Shown: positions 14,960-27,730, numbered from the stretch's first letter. The stretch is DNA of 64,000 nt from Eledone cirrhosa (GCA_964016885.1 OZ024758.1:21824001-21888000), one strand, 5' to 3'. Program-made: numbers and translations. The notes: generated by a model from the letters alone, not told the origin.

Positions 14960-15430
14960 AAAACTATTTATCTTCGAAAAGCTTAAGGCTTACGTTGAAA
15001 CCAATCGGAATAGTCATTTGAATATCAAGAAACGTATATAGTAATCCAGTTATATACAAAGAAAATTCTAAACTTGCCTTCGTTGATTGCTTTGTATATC
15101 TCAAAAGCTCCAGCTTATGATGGTAATTTTGAAAGATTGATTTCCTCGAGAATACAAAATGCTTCGGATTTTTTATGGTAAGCCTATTCCAAGTGACTTT
15201 ATTCTTAACATGGCGTCGAATCACGAAATAAGTACACATATCAATTTACTAATACTGAAGGTCTTTTGTGTACATCATAAAATTTTTACTGGCCTGCTTC
15301 ATTCATTCAGCATTGCCTGAAATAAAATGGACAAGTTCCTTTTCTGACAACTGAATGCCTTGCGTTATCCAGAATCCACAGTATTGGGTTTTAAAATGCG
15401 TCGTCATTTTCTAGGCCGGCCCCATATCGT
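14960..15430 (-). pseudogene. Decayed pogo/Tigger-like transposase N-terminus (HTH-psq and CENP-B HTH-like)
   Basis: Frameshifted pieces GRPRK, MKQA, FSI, YFVIRRHVK, VFS...LELLRYTKQSTK...LLYTF resemble pogo DNA-binding domains by eye. Confidence 0.4.
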
Positions 15431-15627
15431 CAAATTAACTTTCACAACTACTACACTACATCGCAAAAATTATGTCAAATGCTGTGAATTCCTTTCAAGA
15501 CTATAAGATATTTCAGTACTGAACAGTTAGACACAGACGCTCCATAATGCTCAAACGTAACTCACGCAAGCGCACTGCATACATATATTATAAATAATAT
15601 TTTTCTCATCCATAAACACTATTGGTA

Positions 15628-15765
15628 GGCGGTGGATTAGCAGAGGGGTTAGAACGGCGGATAGGATGCTTTACAGTATTCGTTTAGGGTATCTGCTCTC
15701 TGAGTCCGTATCCCGGCCAGATCAACTTAGCGTTTCATCCATTGAAGGTCGATAGAAAAAGTATA
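15628..15765 (+). mobile_element. Diverged family A SINE
   Basis: ggcggtggattagcagag...tttcatccattgaaggtcgatagaaaaagta. Confidence 0.65.
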
Positions 15766-15788
15766 CATAGTAATATATAAGAATTTTG

Positions 15789-15827
<39 letters not shown>

Positions 15828-15973
15828 TTTTGAGTTTATGTTGGTTGTAAACCAACACCTCAGTATGCAGGCTGGAGCACTCGACGAAGTGCGCAGGTTG
15901 GTTTGGTTACTCCGGAGTAGTGTAAAATAAAGTTAAATAAAAGTCAAATGATTAAAATTTAGCTTCGTTTATT

Positions 15974-16028
15974 ACTGCTATATATATTTCAGTGACAGCC
16001 ATCTTTGGCTGTGACCTCTTCAGGCAGT
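15974..16028 (-). ncRNA. Minimal type I hammerhead ribozyme, minus-strand copy
   Basis: Exact reverse complement of 16263-16317. Confidence 0.85.
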
Positions 16029-16262
16029 TTGGATTAGTATGGTATAGACAAGTACATATGTTGTTTAGGTGTATGATATTGTCAATACTCTGATATGCCC
16101 AGTTCCTTGTTGGGTTGTTAATTCACTGACTCCAGTTGTTAATTCATATGACTCCAGTTCCCCAGTGAATTAACAACCCAACAAGGAACTGGGCATATCA
16201 GAGTATTGACAATATCATACACCTAAACAACATATGTACTTGTCTATACCATACTAATCCAA

Positions 16263-16317
16263 ACTGCCTGAAGAGGTCACAGCCAAAGATGGCTGTCACT
16301 GAAATATATATAGCAGT
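16263..16317 (+). ncRNA. Minimal type I hammerhead ribozyme; predicted cleavage after A16312
   Basis: actgc-CTGAAGA-ggtcacagcca(aaga)tggctgtcact-GAAA-tatata-TA-gcagt: complete core, 5-bp stem I, long stem II, palindromic stem III. Confidence 0.85.
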
Positions 16318-16361
16318 AATAAACGAAGCTAAATTTTAATCATTTGACTTTTATTTAACTT

Positions 16362-16389
<28 letters not shown>

Positions 16390-16392
<3 letters not shown>

Positions 16393-16455
16393 ACGAAGGG
16401 AGTAGCTGTCGAAACGGATTGAGCTCTGCCGTCGGGGTCCTGACTATTTTCCTAT
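16390..16455 (+). mobile_element. Short family H1 fragment in (TA)n with an inverted terminal piece (ataacgaagg)
   Basis: tagctgtcGAAAcggattgagctctgccGTCggggtcc. Confidence 0.65.
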
Positions 16456-16477
16456 ATATATACATATATATATATTA

Positions 16478-16598
16478 ATTGTTTCTACTTTTTGGCACAA
16501 GGCGACCAAATACCCAGTGCATTACTGGTACTTTATTACCAAAGGCGGTAACTCTATGCGTCAAAGCATGGCGTCCGACCCCTACCGATACTGCCAAT
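16478..16598 (-). mobile_element. Internally deleted family A SINE
   Basis: gcatggcgtccgacccctaccgatactgccaat head; tgtttctactttttggcacaagg tail. Confidence 0.75.
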
Positions 16599-17127
16599 AT
16601 ATATATTAATATATATTAATATTGTTATACTTGGGGAGGGTCATATTTGCGTAATATTGCCAGAATTAATAACAGAACACACTCACTGTTTGGTTGGATT
16701 TCGCTTCTCGCTGTCTTTTATATCTGCGATCTAACTTAATCGGTCCTCAATGTTGCCATTGACTGACCGACGGTCAAAAATAATACAGATACAATATAGA
16801 CACAAACACATATATATAGTTTACATAATTTACATAAATCTTTCGTTGCACATCTGCAACATCGTCAGTGGTGTTATATTTTTTCCTCCTGTTGTGTTGT
16901 ATGTCTACGCCATTTTTTATTCAGTCTGTCTATATATAAATATATATTAATATATAATTGAATATAAAAGAGAGATAAACACAGATATATACATATATGC
17001 GTTCAAATCGTAAGGGACCAGATTCGCTAGGATGAAAAAAATACTATGAACATTTTTTTTTCCTTGAGCTATTTCATTGTAAGAAACTATTTTGAGTTTC
17101 TAACTCAATATACACTTTTGATAAATA

Positions 17128-17189
<62 letters not shown>

Positions 17190-17571
17190 AAGGAAAAGCG
17201 AAGTAGTTTCAGATGTTCAAGTCCTTTAATAATAATGCTGTGATATATATTTCAATGGCGACAGTGTCCACACTGTTCCGTGCGCCAGTGCCGCGACATC
17301 GTCAGACAGCTTGTTACATAATAAGGTTATGTTTCCGAGGCAATATATATATATGTATGGATGTATTAATGCGTAGAAATATCCATGATCCCCAGCAGAC
17401 AACTGAAAAAGGGAAATTGCCCCCCCCCCCCCCCTCCACACCCCCACACCCCACCACCCCCGATCGTGCTTTCCTCTTATTTATAAATACACCTTATCCA
17501 GCAACTACACAGCCCCTGTTTCTTTTCTCTCTCGCTCTCAATTTTTTTTTTTTTTCGATATACTTCAGTCA

Positions 17572-17643
17572 AATCGGACCGAGGAAACAATGTTTGCATT
17601 GATCTTTCCAATTGGTGATACTATCTATCGGTCGCAACTCCAG
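17572..17643 (-). mobile_element. Family B SINE tail fragment
   Basis: Reverse complement matches ctggagttgcgaccgatagatagtatt...ctcggtccgatttgac of 42821-42896. Confidence 0.7.
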
Positions 17644-18061
17644 TTTGCAATTTTCAACAGTTGAAAATTGCAAACTTGATTGCGAAACCATGAAAGTACA
17701 TGTTCAATTAATATTTAACATTTAATATTCTACCATACTATTTCATTATAATATCATTATAATTTTAAAGGATTGTAAATAAAACGAGTAAATCAGACAA
17801 AGTTGGAATTCCTTTTATTAATATAATCTTCTATACACAATCATACACACCCGTGTATATTTATATATATATATATATTTATTAAAATAACAGATTAAAG
17901 TTTAAGCAAAGAATCACCTAAGGGTGAAAGCAGCGATTCTTTGCTTAAACTTTAATCTGTTATTTTAATAAATATTTGCTTTACGGTTCTTATATATTTG
18001 ATATATATTTATCCTTATCGAGCCCTCTTTGGATTTTAGTCTTCAAATTTATTATTATTAC

Positions 18062-18146
<85 letters not shown>

Positions 18147-18487
18147 AACCATAACTATGTTAAAGAAGTAACAAGAACGTTCAGGCTTTTTCCTGTACCA
18201 AAAATAAATTGTTTCAAAGTTCATTGCACAGTTAAATGTTAAAAATGTTTCGAGGGGGGATCATGGTAAAGGAAATAGAATCATTTGATATTTCCAAAAA
18301 TGTATGCGATATTGACAATTTTATTTGCTGTAGACTAGACCAGAGATTCTCAAACTTTTTGGGCCACCGCCCCCATCACGGCCACCTAAAATCCTCAGCG
18401 CCCCCCAACCCTATTTCCAGAAAGAGACCTACCTACATGTAAATTGTAAATAATATATAATAAATAAAATCGTTAATTTATATATAG

Positions 18488-18700
18488 TGATTTCTAGTAT
18501 AGGCACAAGGCCAGAAATTTTGGGGGACTGGAAAGGCGATTAAATCGACCCCAGTACGTTACTGGTACTTTATTTTATCGACTCCTTAAGAATGAAAGGC
18601 AAAGTTAACCTCGGCTGGATTTGAACTCGGAACATAAAGGGCCTTAACTCTATGCTGCAAAGCATGGCGTCCGACCCTCTACCGATACTGCCAATCCCCC
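18488..18700 (-). mobile_element. Family A SINE, full length
   Basis: Reverse-complement A/B boxes and conserved domain. Confidence 0.9.
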
Positions 18701-18747
18701 GTCCTTGTTAATTTATATATAATAAACATTATAATATATACTATGTG

Positions 18748-18932
18748 TGGTGGATTGGCAGTATCGGTAGAGGGTCGGACGCCATGCTTTCCAGCATAGT
18801 TAAGTCCCTTTACGATCTGAGTTCAAATCCCGCCGAGGTTGACTTTGCTTTTTCATCCTTACGGGGTCGATAAAATAAAGTACCAGTAATGCACTGGGTA
18901 ATTGCTGGCCTTGTGCCTAAAGTAGAAACAAT
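18748..18932 (+). mobile_element. Family A SINE, full length, head-to-head with the previous copy
   Basis: ggattggcagtatcggtagagggtcggacgcc...gagttcaaatcccgccgagg...agtagaaacaatt. Confidence 0.9.
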
Positions 18933-19132
18933 TATAATATATACTATGTATAAATAAATATTATATATTTTTTATTTTTACTATATTTATATTATGTATC
19001 ATGCTATATTTAATATACTATTATATCATTTTTACCACCTCTCACTGTCCTCTTAGTTCCCAGCGCCCCCTGGGGGCAATAGCGCCCATTTTGAGAACCT
19101 CTGCTGTAGATGTACCATTTATTTTTATAGAG

Positions 19133-19285
19133 GCGATGGATTGAAAGAATCGGTAGATTTGTGGTATTTCTTGTGGCTCTTTATATTCTGAGTTCAAATC
19201 CCACTGAGGTCAACTTTGCCTTTCATCCTTCCAGAGTCAACAAAATAAAGTACCAATCAAATACTGAGGGCTGACTTAAACGATT
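19133..19285 (+). mobile_element. Diverged family A SINE
   Basis: ctgagttcaaatcccactgaggtcaactttgcctttcatcc. Confidence 0.75.
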
Positions 19286-19294
19286 ATACCTGGG

Positions 19295-20452
19295 GAAGGC
19301 GCATGCCTTAGTGGTTAGAGTATCTGGTTTACAATCGTGAAGTTGTGAGTTCGATTCCCGGGCCGGAATGTGTATTGTGTTCTTAAGCAAGACACTTTAT
19401 TTCACGTTGCTCCAATTTACTCAGCTGTAGAAATGAGTTGCGACGTCATTTGTGCCAAGCTGTATCTGCCATTGCCTTTCTCTTGGATATCATCATATAT
19501 AATGAATATATAGAGTATATACAGTGTATATACAGTGTATATTTAATGTATATATAGTGTATATATAATATATATATAGTGTATATTTAATGTATATATA
19601 GTGTATATTTAATATATATATAGTGTATATTTAATGTATATATAGTGTATATATGAATTGCGACGTCATTTGTGCCAAGCTGTATCAGCCATAGCCTGTT
19701 CCTTGGACAGCATAATATATAATGAATATATAGAGTATATACAGTGTATATTTAATGTATATATAGTGTATATATAATATATATATAGTGTATATATAAT
19801 ATATATATAGTGTATATTTAATGTATATATAGTGTATACTAGCAGATTTACCCGGCGTTGCTCGGGGTTTGAAATTATGCTAAGAATATACAGCTAGGAA
19901 GTAAAAGAAGAACATTATTTGTCCCCAACCTGTCAAAATAAGCAGAAGTCTTCAATAATTAATGCAAACGAATATATTTGGTGAAAAGGTTATCTCCTTT
20001 TTTATAAGGATCGTCAATAAAGTTTGTTATCTCCCTTACACCAATTTTTCTACCGATAATTTTGATATCGATTTTTTATTGCTCAACGTGAGTCGATTTG
20101 AAAAATGTTTGTGATGTGGCAATCTTAGCGACCTGTGCAACGTGCACAGGAAATTTTGTCAAATTCAGTTGGTAATTGTGAAAACCTTATGCATGCATAG
20201 TTGTACACAGACACACACACATCCTCGCTTTTATATATATAAAGATATGAATTGCGATCACTGGTGCCAAACAGTATCAGACATAACCTTTGCTTTGGAC
20301 AGCATCGCTGACGTTGTGAGGTGAGACTGGTATGCATGAGCGACTGCTGGTCTGCCGCAAATAACTTTGCCCGGACTTGTGCCTCAGAGAGCAACATTCT
20401 AGGTATAAATCTCATGGTCTCTTGTGACCGAAGGGTGTCTTTACCCTTTACC
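19295..20452 (+). mobile_element. Family B CORE-type SINE interrupted by a local tandem duplication and a Helitron
   Basis: Head and core 19295-19435; atga.ttgcga...tgccaa...gtatc recurs near 19434, 19653 and 20247; tail resumes 20247-20452. Confidence 0.75.
19839..20245 (-). mobile_element. Non-autonomous Helitron
   Basis: Minus strand starts A|TCtttatatatataaaagcg and ends with hairpin cccgagcaacgccggg then CTAG|T; no TSD. Confidence 0.85.
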
Positions 20453-21006
20453 TCATAAATATATATTTGGCATTATGCCTAAATTAGAAAACGTTTTTGT
20501 ATTTGCTGCATTTAAATTTGGAACCTTATCCAAATAGCTGTTAATATTCTAATCAACACTTCTATAAATGCTATTTCTCTGCTGTTAAAATCATTAGTGC
20601 CACTATAATAATTTGCCAGCACCACAACGAATTAAATAGTGTTATAATGTGTTATAAAGTGTCAAAAGATTTGTCAGGCGCCAATAGTGTTGTAAAACAC
20701 CAAAGAGAATAATTTGCATTTGTTTTCCTTCTTAATTCAAAGTATTTAATTAAAAGGATACTTTCTGACTGTAAAAAGACGCAAGTGTCTTTTGTGGTTA
20801 TGAAAACTGAAACGGAAGGGAAATTCAAGGGCTGTAGAGTCACAAGAGAATGGGAGGGGGAATGAGAAAGGTGGTGGTCTCTAGGCCCAGAGCGCAGTGG
20901 TGTCGGGTCAGTGACCCACACACAAGACCGCAAAAACATTACTGAAGTTGATTCAGCCAACAAAATGAAACATCAGTCCTCTACGGGTAGGGCTGTGTGT
21001 AAATAG

Positions 21007-21325
21007 TGATTTCTACTATAGGCCCAAGGCCAGCAATTTTTGGGAGGGGGAAGTCGATTAAATCGACCTCAGTGCATTACTGGTACTTTATTTTATCGAT
21101 CCCATAAGGATGAAAGGCAAAGCTAATCTCTGATCAGGCACAAGGCCAACAATATTTTGGAGGGAAAAGTCGATTAAATCGACCCCAGTGAATTACTGGT
21201 ACTTTATTTTATCGACCCCCATAAGGATGAAAGGCAAAGCTAATCTCAGCGGCATTTGAACTCAGGACGTAACACTATGCTGCAAATCATGGTGTCCGAT
21301 GCTCTACCGTTTCTGCCAATCCACC
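21007..21325 (-). mobile_element. Family A SINE with duplicated 3' half
   Basis: agtcgattaaatcgacc...aaggatgaaaggcaaagctaatctc occurs twice. Confidence 0.8.
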
Positions 21326-21408
21326 ATTGCAATGCTATAATATCGTGAAGACATCATGAAATGTAAAACACACTTGAAGACGGGGAAACTGAAACAAAAT
21401 ATTAATTA

Positions 21409-22256
21409 TACAGGGAGACCACAAAAACACTCCGAACTTGATTATCATATTGATGTTTGCCGAGCAACAAAAGGGGACCACATCGTGTGTCTATGATATC
21501 AACCAACACCACACGAAACTTTGTTAATTTATGCAACTGTAGCCACCAATATTGTAAGAATATTCATTTAACTTTTCATATTATAAGAATTTGTTCTTAT
21601 TGAGTTTCCTATCATTTGAAGGCTAAGATCTTTGATACTTACATCATACCAGTTGTGTTATAGAGTCTTGACTGTTTTAATTGGACGACAAGGTCACTTC
21701 AGAAGCTCTCTACATTCCAGAACTACATCACGAGACTTATAACTGTCAAGCGGCTCAGTGACTGTATCTGTATCAGTGAGCTGCTCAACATTACCATGCT
21801 TAAACCAATTACATCAATTGTCAAGTCAAGAGTATTCAAACTATAGGGTCATATAAAAATATCAACTCGTGGTGTGAGTAGGTTTTGCCTGGAAGGAAGG
21901 TTGGCTGGTATGAGAAGCAGAGGCTGGCAGCCAAAACGATGGCTTGATAATGTCAACTTATGGCTAGACTTGATCTTTGATCTTTAAACTTTGCTGTTGG
22001 TGATCGAAAGGTATTAAATATTACTGGAAGGAAGGTTGGCTGGTAAGAGAAGCAGAGGCCGACATCCAAGACGATGGCTCGGTAATGTCAACCTATGAAC
22101 TGGACTTCGTCCTTGCACTTTAAACCGTACTGTTGTTGATCGAACTTTGTGGAGAAAAATATCTCATGTTGATGCGTAGTCTGCAACTGACGAAGTTTAG
22201 CGTCACAAGAATTATAAGAATTTGAAATCAAGGAGCAATTTTGTGGTCACCCTGTA
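21409..22256. mobile_element. Tc1/mariner-type MITE hosting an RTE LINE insertion
   Basis: TA-flanked TIRs tacagggagaccacaaaa / ttttgtggtcaccctgta. Confidence 0.75.
21594..22210 (+). mobile_element. 5'-truncated RTE-clade LINE with a 135-bp internal duplication and 14-bp TSD
   Basis: HLKAKIFDTYIIPVVL*...GHIK...LEGRLAGMRSRGWQPKRWLDNV; TSD attataagaatttg at 21580-21593 and 22211-22224. Confidence 0.9.
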
Positions 22257-22901
22257 TATTCAATTGAAACTAGTGGTATCATTTTTATGATTAAAGATCT
22301 TGGTAATGCTATCTATTAGTACATATATAGGCTCTTATTCAACAAATCTGTGATCAAATGTCTTCCTGGCGTGATTTGCACAACTATTCTCGTACCTAGG
22401 ATCACATTTATTTTATATGTCCTTCAATTTTTTAATACGATACAATATGACTTGTGAGGATTTAGATGTTATTTCTAACAGATAGAAAAATTATATAGAA
22501 GCTCCTTTACTGGTTCTGCCCTCTGGTTATCATATATAATTCTGACAATAATGATAGTGCTGATATGGTAATGGTAATGGTAATATTACCATAATACTGG
22601 TGGTGGTCCAGTGATAAGATTCATGGGAGAATTTCTATGCTGCATATAGCACTGCAACCCTTTCATTTCACCGACATTCTATAACACCTATAATTCTTCA
22701 TGATATAGATTGCTTCAGCTTTTTATTTCGCCTCTGGAGTAGCGTTAGTTCTTTATCGTATTACATCGTTTGTTGTCAGACGCTGTTTGAAATAGTGTCA
22801 GCTCTAAATTAACAGTTAACAAAAAGACGACTAAGAAGTGAAGACGGGGCAGCAGAGATAGATAGGGCGATAGATAGATAGAAAGAGAGATAGAGAGACT
22901 C

Positions 22902-23040
<139 letters not shown>

Positions 23041-24188
23041 TTGAAAAGGCTAGAATGAGAGATTAGGTGTGAGTAACTAAGTAAGTGGGTGAATGAAGAG
23101 GTGTTTGTGAGAAGGAATAAGTGAGAATAAGTTTCGTAATATAGTTAGAATTAAATTGGACGTGTCGGAAATTAAAACGGTCTGTCTTTTGGGAGAGGAA
23201 GAACACGGCTCTCTGGGCATTTAAAGACATTCTGTTGATCAGAATTCAGCAGATAGTTGAATGTAAATCTGAAATCAAAATTGTTAACGAGCTTCAACGT
23301 TGTAAAAGATGCAGGATGAAGACAGAGGGTGGAAAAAAACTCCATGATTTATGACTGAAATAGAATGAAAACTATCATCAGAATTACTAAATCTCTCAAC
23401 GACCAATAACAAATTAGAAGCCGTTTCCATAAAAACTTGCTTACAGAACTGAAAAGATATTATCTGAATCAAAATCATTTTGATGTTCGTGTTTTATAGA
23501 CCAGATCAGGGTGGTATTTACGTTGTAAGATTTTTTTCCGATTTCTCGTTATTGGAGTTTTTTTTTTATTTATTTATTTGTATTCTGTGTCGCTTTTTTC
23601 TTTTTTTCTTTTTTTTTTGGATCTTTGGTTAGCTTTTGGTATTTTTTATTTGTTTATTTTTCCTTTCTTTCTTTCGTTCTTTCTTTCGTTCTTTCTTTCG
23701 TTCTTTCTTTCGTTCTTTCTTTCGTTCTTTCATTCATTGTAAAGACACGTTACAATTTGTGTAGACGATGGTAGCCTCACAGTCGATATTGAGGCTGATA
23801 AGAACGCTTCGAGTTAAAGAAGAGTTCTTTCTTTTCTTGTTCTTCGTTGTTTGAATTCAAGTCATTCCATCTGGCACACAGTAAATAAATGTAGTCACTT
23901 TGCCAGTTTGTTACCTGTGGTATGTCTGACGACGACGACGACGATAACGTCGATGACGATGATGATGATGGTGACAAAGATAATGATGGTGATGAGAGCG
24001 ACGGCGATGGTGATGGTGCTGGTGACAATGGTGATGATGATGATGATGATGATGGTGAGGGCGACGAGAGGGAATAACAATGGTGTTAGATATGAATTGG
24101 TTATTATAAGAAACTTATTGTAAATGCTGTAAAGCTATGTTATATAAGAGAGTTTATATGTCTGTGTTTATCGTCCCCCACCCACCCA

Positions 24189-24189
<1 letters not shown>

Positions 24190-24219
<30 letters not shown>

Positions 24220-24263
24220 CATATACGTATATATATATATACATTTATACATCTATATAGATA

Positions 24264-24317
<54 letters not shown>

Positions 24318-24415
24318 TAGATAGATGTATATATATATATATATATATATAGATAGATGTATATATATATATATATATATATAGATAGATGTATATATAT
24401 ATATATATATAGATA

Positions 24416-24449
<34 letters not shown>

Positions 24450-24924
24450 TAGATAGATGTATATATATATATAGATAGATAGATGTATATATATATATAG
24501 ATAGATAGATGTATATATATATATATATATATATAGATATATTTCTTTATTAGCCACAGGGGCACAAAAGAAGGGGACAAATACAATATATATATATATA
24601 TAATATATATAGATAGATAGATAGATAGATAGATGTATATATATAGATAGATAGATAGATGTATATATATAGATAGATAGATAGATGTATATATATAGAT
24701 AGATAGATAGATAGATGTATATATATATATATAGATAGATAGATAGATGTATATATATATATAGATAGATAGATAGATGTATATATATATATAGATATAT
24801 ATATATATATATAGATAGATAGATAGATGTATATATATATATATACATATTATATATATATATATATATACATATAATATATATATATATATATATACAT
24901 CTATATAGATAGATAGATGTATAA

Positions 24925-24965
<41 letters not shown>

Positions 24966-24967
24966 TG

Positions 24968-24998
<31 letters not shown>

Positions 24999-25103
24999 AT
25001 ACAGCTAGATACACATCTACATATATATAGAGAGATATATATATATATATATAGATGTATGTAAATATATATAAAAATATTAATATAGGTATACATATAA
25101 GTA

Positions 25104-25149
<46 letters not shown>

Positions 25150-25160
25150 GTGTGTGTGTG
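24190..25160. repeat. (TA)n/(GATA)n compound microsatellite containing a short Tx1-like 3' end at about 24541-24586 (-)
   Basis: tttctttattagccacaggggcacaaaagaaggggaca resembles the reverse complement of 49064-49103. Confidence 0.85.
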
Positions 25161-25459
25161 TGCTTAATGATTATTTAATGACTCAAATATCGCTTCTGGT
25201 GACGCAATCATGAGAAAAATAACTTGTGTTTAACAGAGAATCAGAGAATATCATTAGACTCAAGGTGAAATAAGAAGTCATCATATAAATGGCGGGAAAA
25301 TAATACATCACTTGATTCCTCGTTGAAAGTTTGAAAAGAATGAAGTTAGACGCCTGAATGAAAGGAAGGCGTAAACGATACATATAGCTTCAGGTGAAAT
25401 AGGCTTTGTTAGAGAAATATGGAATAGAGAAAGATGAAAATGGTCAGAACAAAAGAAAG

Positions 25460-25500
25460 CTTTCTCTCTCTTTCTAGCTACATAGCTGTCTATATCTCTG

Positions 25501-25531
<31 letters not shown>

Positions 25532-25736
25532 ATCTCTCTCTCTCTCTCTCTTTCTTTCGTTCTCTCTTTCTCTCTCTCTCTCTCTTCCTTTCTCTCTCTT
25601 CCTTTCTCTCTCTCTCTCTCGTTCTCTGTATATATATATATATATATATATACATTATATATATTATATATATGTATATATATATTTCTGTCTCTCACTC
25701 TCTCTCTCTCGCTTTCTTTGACTCTCTCTCTCGTTC

Positions 25737-25787
<51 letters not shown>

Positions 25788-25870
25788 GTTATATATATTA
25801 TATATATGTATATATATATTTCTGTCTCTCACTCTCTCTCTCTCACTTTCTTTGACTCTCTCTCTCGTTC

Positions 25871-25943
<73 letters not shown>

Positions 25944-26028
25944 TATATATATTATATATATGTATATATATATTTCTGTCTCTCACGCTCTCTCTCTCTC
26001 GCTTTCTTTGACTCTCTCTCTCGTTCTC

Positions 26029-26059
<31 letters not shown>

Positions 26060-26361
26060 ACATTATATATATTATATATATGTATATATATATTTCTGTC
26101 TCTCACTCTCTCTCGCTTTCTTTGTCTCTCTCTCTCTGTAGATATATATGTATATATATACATTATATATAATATATATATGTATATTGTATATATATAT
26201 ATATATATATTTCTGTCTCTCACTCTCTCTTTCTAGCTACCTAGCTGTCTATATCTCTGTCTTTCTTTCTTTCTTTCTATCTTTCTCTCTCTCTCTCTCT
26301 CTTTCTTTCGTTCTCTCTTTCTCTCTCTCTTTCTCTTCCTTTCTCTCTCTCTCTCTCGTTC

Positions 26362-26424
<63 letters not shown>

Positions 26425-26587
26425 TATATATATTATATATATGTATATATATATTTCTGTCTCTCACTCTCTCACTCGCTTTCTTTGTCTCTCTCTCTCT
26501 GTATATGTATATATATATATATATACATTATATAATATATATATATGTATATTGTATATATATATATATATATATTTCTGTCTCTCA

Positions 26588-26618
<31 letters not shown>

Positions 26619-26630
26619 GCTTTCTTTGTA

Positions 26631-26676
<46 letters not shown>

Positions 26677-26750
26677 ACTCTGTCTCTTTCTCTCTCTCTT
26701 TTTCTCTCCCTCTCTCCTACACACCCACAAAGACACACACACATACAATG
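25460..26750. repeat. Nested tandem duplications of (TC)n/(TA)n blocks
   Basis: tttctagctac.tagctgtctatatctctg at about 25470 and 26230; recurring cattatatatattatatatatgtatatatatatttctgtctctcac. Confidence 0.85.
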
Positions 26751-26917
26751 AAAAGAACGAAGGAAAGAAAGAAAGAGAGGAAAGAAAAGAAAGAAAACTG
26801 GTATGAAAGGAAAAAAAGCAAGGAAGAATAAAAGATATAACCAGCTATAAATTTAACTGAATGATGCAACGAGAGAAATTATGGATATCCATATTTAAAA
26901 AGACTAAATACACTCTA

Positions 26918-26996
<79 letters not shown>

Positions 26997-27056
26997 GAAA
27001 AATGAACGTACAAAACACAGGAGGCAATTGTACACAGTTACATTAGGTTCATATAC

Positions 27057-27095
<39 letters not shown>

Positions 27096-27145
27096 TGCCT
27101 ATATATGTGTGTATATATATGTGTGTGTGTGTATATATATATATA

Positions 27146-27178
<33 letters not shown>

Positions 27179-27224
27179 GGGAGGAGGTTATAGTTCACTT
27201 GAAGCATTGTGTAATGAGGTATAA

Positions 27225-27485
27225 ACGTTAGAATATGTGTAATAAGGCCAAGACAATGCAGATATGGACATAGAAAAAAAAGAATGCAATAGTGAAAGAT
27301 ATTGATGAGAATTCGTCTTTCACCTTGAATTTATTTAAATGTCCTTAATTTTCGAGATAATATCTCTTCTTCGGAGGGAAGTAAAAGTCTCAGACCAGCG
27401 TCTAAATTTCCAATGAAGCCATGCATTCTTTTTTTTCTATGTCCATATCTGCATTGTCTTGGCCTTATTACACATATTCTAACGT
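27225..27485. repeat. Perfect 64-bp inverted repeat (27225-27288 / 27422-27485) with 133-nt spacer
   Basis: acgttagaatatgtg...aaagaatgca / tgcattcttt...cacatattctaacgt. Confidence 0.9.
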
Positions 27486-27624
27486 ATATATATATATATA
27501 TATACGCCCACACATACGTATATATGTGTATACATGCATATATTTACATATGCATATATATATGTATATAAAGAATATTTATATATATAAAATGTATATG
27601 TATATATAAAATATATATTAATAA

Positions 27625-27668
<44 letters not shown>

Positions 27669-27730
27669 GTATATGTATATATATAATGTATATGTATGCA
27701 TAAAATGTATATGTGTATATGAAATATATA

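Larger units (their letters stand above)
15923..16368. repeat. Perfect 206-bp inverted repeat (15923-16128 / 16163-16368) with 34-nt spacer; Penelope-like inverted terminal structure
   Basis: Arms read as exact reverse complements; right arm runs into (TA)n. Confidence 0.95.
18341..19103. mobile_element. hAT (Charlie-like) MITE containing two nested family A SINEs
   Basis: TIRs cagagattctcaaa / tttgagaacctctg; flanks ctgtagac(tagac) and ctgtagat resemble an 8-bp TSD. Confidence 0.7.
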
